Below are positions 53,848 through 60,000 of a stretch of DNA of 60,000 nt, piece after piece (position 1 is the stretch's first letter; each line of letters starts with the position of its first letter). Made by a program: the position numbers and the translations under genes. Below the pieces are notes generated by a model. It worked only from the letters and a program-made list of their open reading frames with translations. It was not told the DNA's origin and ran no database searches. The stretch is from Laetmonice hystrix (lineage: Eukaryota), in assembly GCA_965235115.1 (NCBI GenBank), contig OZ249436.1:30816001-30876000 (forward strand), in the 5' to 3' direction.

Positions 53848-56800
53848 TGCGGCTGCCACCTTCTCACGGTACTTCTTGTCATCCTCTGGATCAATGTTCT
53901 TAGATGTCCGCATTATTTCTTCTCTCAGTATGCCCCTCTCCTCTTTATTTCTTCTGAGACCATGAAGAAAATTCTGCTCTGCCCTCCTCCAGCTAGTCTT
54001 TCCCATCTTCATTATTCCCCATATGATGGCCTGGAAAAAAATGTCAAATTATAGTCGACAATCTTCTCAGTAATTACCCTCCATTCTCCATCCTGATGTG
54101 CACAATAACTAAATAGATTTATAAGTTATGTACGACTTATCTAGTTTGATGTTTGTCTTTATTGTTATTTACACATTTTCTTTCCTTTTGTTCTTGTATA
54201 AGACAGAGAGAGTACATTGGGACTAGGTTCTGATGACTCACCTCTGGAATCCACACATTGAACAAATAACTCATATTGGGCAGTTTATCCCCGCTGACTT
54301 CAATTAAATACGACTTCAACAGGGAAACAAATTCGTCTTGCTATAACAAATCACACAAGATCCAATTAATGCCACATACCGGTAGTTTACAAAAGTTTGA
54401 CTGCGACAGTAAATGTTCCTCATCAACGCTCTGTGAAGTCCTACATCTATTAAATGGCTGTGACCGTAATCAAGGTTAATTCTGACCTTTACAAACAGGA
54501 ACCAAGTATTGGACTCTATTGATGGTATTAATATCAACGTAAATATCACTCATAATATTCAACGTTACCTGTTCTTCATCATCGATGGGTCCAAAGCCCC
54601 AAATTCTCATTTTATTGAGCTCTTTCTGTGTTGTTGCTGCCTGGTACTGGTCATGCCGCAAACACTTACGTCTACCGGTGTAGATTGATTTGAGGTATTC
54701 CTGCCGACAAGTAAGGGAATATGTCAGAACATCTTTAACTTACGTTAGAACTAATCTATTAACTCTGACTGTGCCAGGGTACATTTCAACATAGGAAATT
54801 GAATTAACCTGAATAAACTTATAAATATTAAAAAATATAATATTAGCTAGCATGTAATAATATATATATATAATATATTGTACATTTTTGTACGAATAAA
54901 TAATATATATACATGTATATATATATTTTGGAGATAAGTACACGGGTAAATATCGGTAAATATCAATGTATGCAAAAAAGTGCAACGTGTTTACCTTCAA
55001 TGCTTCTTGCTTTGCATGGTCAATTAAACGCTGCCCTCTGTCTTTTCTCTTTTGGAAGCTGTGAGGAAAGAAAAATAGTGTTAACAAATATTTCCACAAT
55101 GTTAATGAAAGCAGGCCCTGTGTCAGTAAGAGCTGAGAGTGTCAGAAATATACCTACACCTTGATGAGATTGGGCGACATTTCTGGTGGCAGGTCGTCAG
55201 TAGTGCCTGTGGTTGATTCCTCTCCAGAGTCTGTCAGGCAAGTATAGGCCTCAGGGGTTGTAGGTGTGGTGGGACCACTTGCTTCATCTTCAGACAACAT
55301 AAATGTATCCTCACCTGTAACTAAAGTGTTTTAAAAGCCTTAGAATCAAGATTCTAGTATGTTAAAGACAAGTAAAAGTCATTATATTAAACCTGCAGTA
55401 TATTAATTATTAGTGAGACAACACAGCTGTTATAAATCTGTGAACTAAGACAGCAAAACTAGACATAAGGCCAAAAAAAAAAAAAGTTTCGTTTCTTGTC
55501 CTTTCATATAAAAAAAATGGTGCGGTGACGCGGCTTTTTTTTTTTTTCATCTTTCTTTTTTTTTTTGAAGAAGAAACTAGACAACGGCCGATTCTTCGAA
55601 TGTAATTGCTGTTGGGTACATAAATCTTGAAGAAAAGACTAATGCAATGATGTTCAATGTTTTAGAATGTGTAAAACTCACATAAAAAGCAATAAGACTA
55701 ACAGAAAGGCGCCAACGCCAAAGAACCGTTGCAACGTTCTGTCCCAGCGCTACACTGCCCACCATATGAAGCAGTCGGATTTGAAAAAAAAGACTTGACG
55801 CGGGGGTTTTTAGGTGACGCGCGCGGGGACAAGAAACGAATCTATTTTTTTTTTTGGCCTAAGTATGCAGAGCATTGATTTTAAGAATTTACCAGAAGCA
55901 AAATCCTCTGCAAAGAAGGTGAATGGACATTCTGCCTTGCCTAGGCATTTCTTCATCATGTAGTCTTCTGCTTTGTTGACTGCATCTTTGAAATGCTCTG
56001 CATAAGGCGAATTCATGCCTTGGTCCTAGCAAAAAAACACATATCTGATAAATTACCAACTTCAATGGTATCACCAGGAGCAGTACTTTGAAACACTCAA
56101 CTTGGTAAAACTCCAGTAAAACCCTTTATGTGCTATCTCTTATTATGTTATACAATGAAACCAACCTTCATTGTGGCCAAAACCTTTTGATGGAACAGAA
56201 ACATCCGCTTCTTGTCATAATTGAGACGTACACTCTTCGCCCTGAAAAAGTTTACTGACCCGAGTTATTAAAGAAAGATTGTAACCACAATATAATGACC
56301 TATGTAACCAAAAACAATGATCTATATAACATTACAGGGCTTTTGAAGATGTTGAATGCTTTGTTTGTGAAGTTCTTAACTGCAGATTTCGCTGTAGTAC
56401 CACGTGTCTAAAATATCACCATTTTGTTAGAAAATCATATGAACTAGATGTAACTTACCAAGTGTATCTGACAGGCCAATGGTGTGTCAATTTCCTAAAT
56501 CCAGTCTCAATTAACCAAATTATTATTGTTTTCCTTGGAGAGAGGTTTTGGCCTGTCAGATACACTTGGTAACTTATATCTAGTTAGTATCATTTTGTGA
56601 ATGATATTTTTTTTCTGAGACGCCTTGTATACATACCTTTCTCCAGGTATCTCTCCGATGAACACCACTGTGAGTTTCCTTAAGGTTTTCCTCCGAGTAT
56701 ATATGATTTTTGCCTGTAAATCAAGATCAAATCTAAGCACATCAAGAAACTTTCTCACTTTAATCATGCATTCGTGATTGTAGCTTTCATGCATGAAAAT

Positions 56801-59501
56801 GCGTGTGACTCTTGCTAATTCCCCATTCCGATCAGTAACGGGTTATCACTATAATTTGAAACTTATAAATCCTGGGTTAAGTGTTACCTTCAAGTGATAT
56901 TACATCCTTTTAATATGGTTACCGCTGGAGTGCTCTACTTACGACTGCTGGCCAAAATGGAAATTGTCGGGTCTTCACCCACAGCAAGTCTCCCTTTGAA
57001 ACTGGTACTGAAATCATAAGTCATGTTCTTAGTTCAGCCAAGTCAAAAATTGTTTTGTTTGCAAGTTCAAAATTGAGCCATTAAAATTACATGACTGATT
57101 AATTAACACTGTCTAAAGAACTGACCTTCACGTGTACAATTGAAGACTTCAGGTAAGTCTTCATCTGTGTCTGAACCGTGGTGATCCTCACTATCAACAT
57201 CACAGTCATCCTTGTCAAGGTTGACATCAAACGAAACACTGAATCAAATTAAACCATACTGAACCAGTCTCATTGTCAACTTTTTAATTAACATCAAATT
57301 TAACATGACAGAATCTAACCTGTAATACGGTACTTTTAAATAGAAAGAATAAACAAGAATAAGAAGTAACTATGCTCAAAGTCAAAGTTGACTTCAAATG
57401 TAATGTGTCAGCCTCACACTAAGATTAACTGTCACAAGTCTGGCAGCAAAAATGTGAAAACCCACCTTTGGCGTCTGGCGAGTAGAGGGAACCTACACTG
57501 AATTGGAGCCAGTACTGCTGTTCCTGAGCTACCACCTGAACCCTTGTCTTTCTTAGGACGGCACACTCTTGGACGCTTTCTTACAGCTTCTACAGAGGAG
57601 GTTAAAGAAGTCTGACTGGACCCAGGATGCTTTGGCCGGTTTATATTCACGTCCACTGACTTTGCTCTTCTCCTTTTAGCAGAGCCCCTTCGTTTAGATC
57701 CAAAAGGAGGCTTCCCTACCACAACGTCACAAGCTGTCGTGTTTTGGCTTCGCTCACCTGAGAGGCCATGTTGTTGTGCAGAAGTCAAGCCTTGTGACGA
57801 AATATCTGAATCAGGTAGGTCTACTGTCTTGTGGTCAACTGCTGAGGGACATGGCACCAAGTGATCGGATGAGCCTTGCAAAGCACGGTCTGGTTCAGTT
57901 AGGTCTGGTGTCCTCTGCTCAACTCCTGACGGACATGGGACCAAATGACTGGATGAGCCTGGTAAAGCACTGTCTGATTCGGGTAGGCCTGGGGTCATGG
58001 GTTCTGAGTGACATGGGTTCAAGTGAGGCAATGCTTTCTCTATGCCTTGGCAAGCCTCAGCACCAGTCCCCTGGCAAGCCTCAGCACCAGTCCCCTTGTC
58101 AGCCTCAGCACCAGTCCCCTGGCAAGTCTCTGCACCAGTCCCCTGGCAAGTCTCTGCACTGGCCCCTTGGCCAACCTGCACACCAGCCCCTTGGCCAGCC
58201 TGCACACCAGCCCCTTGGCCAGCCTGCACACCAGCCTGCACACCAGCCCCTTGGCCAGCCTGCACACCAGCCCCTTGGCCAACCTGCACACCAGCCCCTT
58301 GGCCAGCCTGCACACCAGCCCCTTGGCCAGCCTGCACACCAGCCTGCACACCAGCCCCTGGACTGGCCGATGGTAGGTTAAGTTCCATACTGTCAGACGC
58401 CTCTCTGTCTGAGAGTGCACCTGTTGACAAACCACAGCGTTCTTCCATTGCAGCTACTGTCTCCAAGAACAATGATTTCACTGAAGGTTTCTTCTGCAGT
58501 GCACCTGAGACAAACATGAGAAAAACAATCATTTGGATAGCATCATAAAAATTTAGATTGAGATAAGTAGATAAAAATGTTGGTTATATTACACAGCAAT
58601 CACAAGGAAGTATCATGCATCCTATTGGTAGTCACGTGGTTTTAAGTAAAGCTAAACAGCACTCAACAATATACTTTTTCTGCAAAATAGTTGCATAGAT
58701 TCTTGCTGGAACTTTAAAATTCTGAAAAACACTTAGCATTCCAACTGGTCCCGATTCTGTGGCGTACAAGCACCGATCGTGGTATAAATACATGTACTGG
58801 TACTTCACGTGCCTCTCTAAGCGAACCTTACTGAATCTTACCTAAGCCTTTGGTTAGAGCCATCCTATTCCATTCCTCTTCCCATGGATGGATTTTCTGC
58901 ATGGTGTATATCACCTGACTGTATCAGGGCCAAAAAGGACACAGGATAAATATAAAGCGTGTTAGATTGGTAAGGTTTTGGCATTGCTACCACTGAAATC
59001 AAACTCCTCTCCCATTAACGGTTATTCTCCTACTGTGGCTGGACATTTTATCATGGTAACACTGGTTTTACAGGCTGTAACATTTAGTGAGAACCCTGTT
59101 TCAGGTTCTAACTCTACCAAGCACAAACTGCTAAATACAAATTTAATTGGGATTTATATAGCACAGGAAGGCACAATCAGAAGCTATGATTAGCTCTAAC
59201 ACCCCTAGACCTTGCTGAGTGATGGTGACCTGGTTTTGACAGGTCAGCTGTCAGAATATGAAGTGAGAAAGTGAGAAGCAGCCACCTCATAAAATACTTC
59301 ACTTGACAGCAGTCACTCTATTCTGTAGTGTTGAGTGTCTCAAACAATCCGACACCCAGGTAAAGCTTGACTTGAGTCTATATTAACTTATCAAGTTCAT
59401 GAGACCTACTAGGTATCTTCAGTGATGAAGTATACACACGCAACCACAGGCCGTTTACACGGTGACTGTTGATTCAAAGGACAGTCTTCGGATGCTACTA
59501 C
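53815..59501 (-). CDS. PWWP3A: PWWP3A/MUM1-like PWWP-domain chromatin protein, 5'-partial (13 exons seen, ~779 aa)
   Basis: Exons 59501-59410, 58918-58842, 58504-57466, 57238-57126, 57007-56943, 56713-56637, 56241-56166, 56025-55893, 55314-55158, 55058-54995, 54700-54569, 54340-54242, 54030-53815 join in phase. PWWP motif KGDLLWVKTRQFPFWPAV. MUM1-like C-terminus (YLKSIYTGRRK, IDDEEQ, YLFNVWIPEAIIWGI..AEQNFLHG). Orthology is a by-eye inference. Confidence 0.8.
55469..55859. mobile_element. PIF/Harbinger-type MITE, TAA target duplication, intronic
   Basis: TAA|GGCCAAAAAAAAAAAAAGTTTCGTTTCTTGTCC ... GGACAAGAAACGAATCTATTTTTTTTTTTGGCC|TAA. Confidence 0.85.
56442..56585. repeat. Intronic inverted repeat, ~37-bp arms (mini-MITE)
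   Basis: AACTAGATGTAACTTACCAAGTGTATCTGACAGGCCA / TGGCCTGTCAGATACACTTGGTAACTTATATCTAGTT. Confidence 0.8.
58045..58360 (-). repeat. Coding 24/12-bp tandem repeat (GAGVQAGQ / GTGAEACQ) inside the large PWWP-gene exon
   Basis: CCAGCCCCTTGGCCAGCCTGCACA units. Frame is preserved in the 57432..58532 minus ORF. Confidence 0.85.
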
Positions 59502-59904
59502 CTGCAATACACAGGACATCATTAATTGGAGCTCAGATCTCATGACGACCTTTCTGGTAAAACGCAAACTTTATACACTTCTTTAGAAGAAAGAATAGAT
59601 CTTGAATCAACCACCAGCTAAACAACAACCTATGATTACCTTAAACTTAAAAAGACAAAACACAACAGAGTTATCCACAACAAATGTCCCTTAATTAAAG
59701 GAATTATGTCATGGGGGTATCGACCAAAATCTTCAGTTTTCTGCTTACGTGCTCACCACTGACGTACTTTATGGCACTGATTGTTTTTCATATTGACTCT
59801 GTTAACACATACTACGAGACAGCTGTGAAATTCTTCCTAATGTGGAAAAATGAATAAAACTAGCAGCAGTGTCCGCAAAGTGCAGTGAATCCATCATCTA
59901 AGTA

Positions 59905-59957
59905 AAAAACAAATAAATAAATAAACAAATAAATAAATAAATAAGTAAATAACAAAT
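59905..59957. repeat. (AAAT)n microsatellite
   Basis: Imperfect AAAT run directly visible. Confidence 0.85.
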
Positions 59958-60000
59958 CTATAAAATGAGAGTGGGACTATAATGGCCCATCCGCCGATCG

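Noticed and set aside
50536..54054. Long + strand ORFs (290-328 aa), including a Cys-rich SHCGCLQLAASCRPSQRQPQ repeat
   Set aside because: By-products of a stop-poor 60-bp unit that is open in several frames, antisense to the PWWP gene.
57776..58548. Overlapping + strand and alternative-frame repeat ORFs (PAPWPACT, HQPLGQPA)
   Set aside because: Shadows of the 24-bp coding repeat. Only the minus frame joins flanking exons in phase.
59640..59790. Candidate upstream exons of the PWWP gene (KGHLLWI, VNMKNNQCHKVRQ)
   Set aside because: Splice phases do not join the 59501 exon without a stop, so the 5' exon is probably outside the window.

Overview
Intron-rich, AT-rich eukaryotic DNA, most consistent with a marine invertebrate animal; the taxon cannot be fixed from sequence alone. 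Three spliced genes can be assembled by hand. Frataxin (FXN, + strand, 5 exons, 36749-39502) probably has a GC-AG first intron. TIMM44 (- strand, 15 exons, 41071-48054) is convergent with FXN. A 5'-partial PWWP3A/MUM1-like chromatin gene (- strand, 13 exons seen, 53815-59501) appears to carry two PWWP domains. Its stop codon lies inside a 60-bp minisatellite, and its 3' region is tandemly duplicated (~2.5 kb). The first ~36 kb has no recognisable intact gene and is a transposon graveyard: MITEs with 2-, 5- and 6-bp target duplications (a 3-bp one sits in the PWWP gene), a foldback element, DIRS- and Penelope-like relics (the latter with a decayed hammerhead-ribozyme fold), a tRNA-derived SINE head and abutting 59-bp and 52-bp minisatellites. 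No CRISPR array or intact transposase was found. I see no clear new biological system. The best leads are the minisatellite-remodelled PWWP gene end, the strong TAGGCCTA enrichment and the foldback element.
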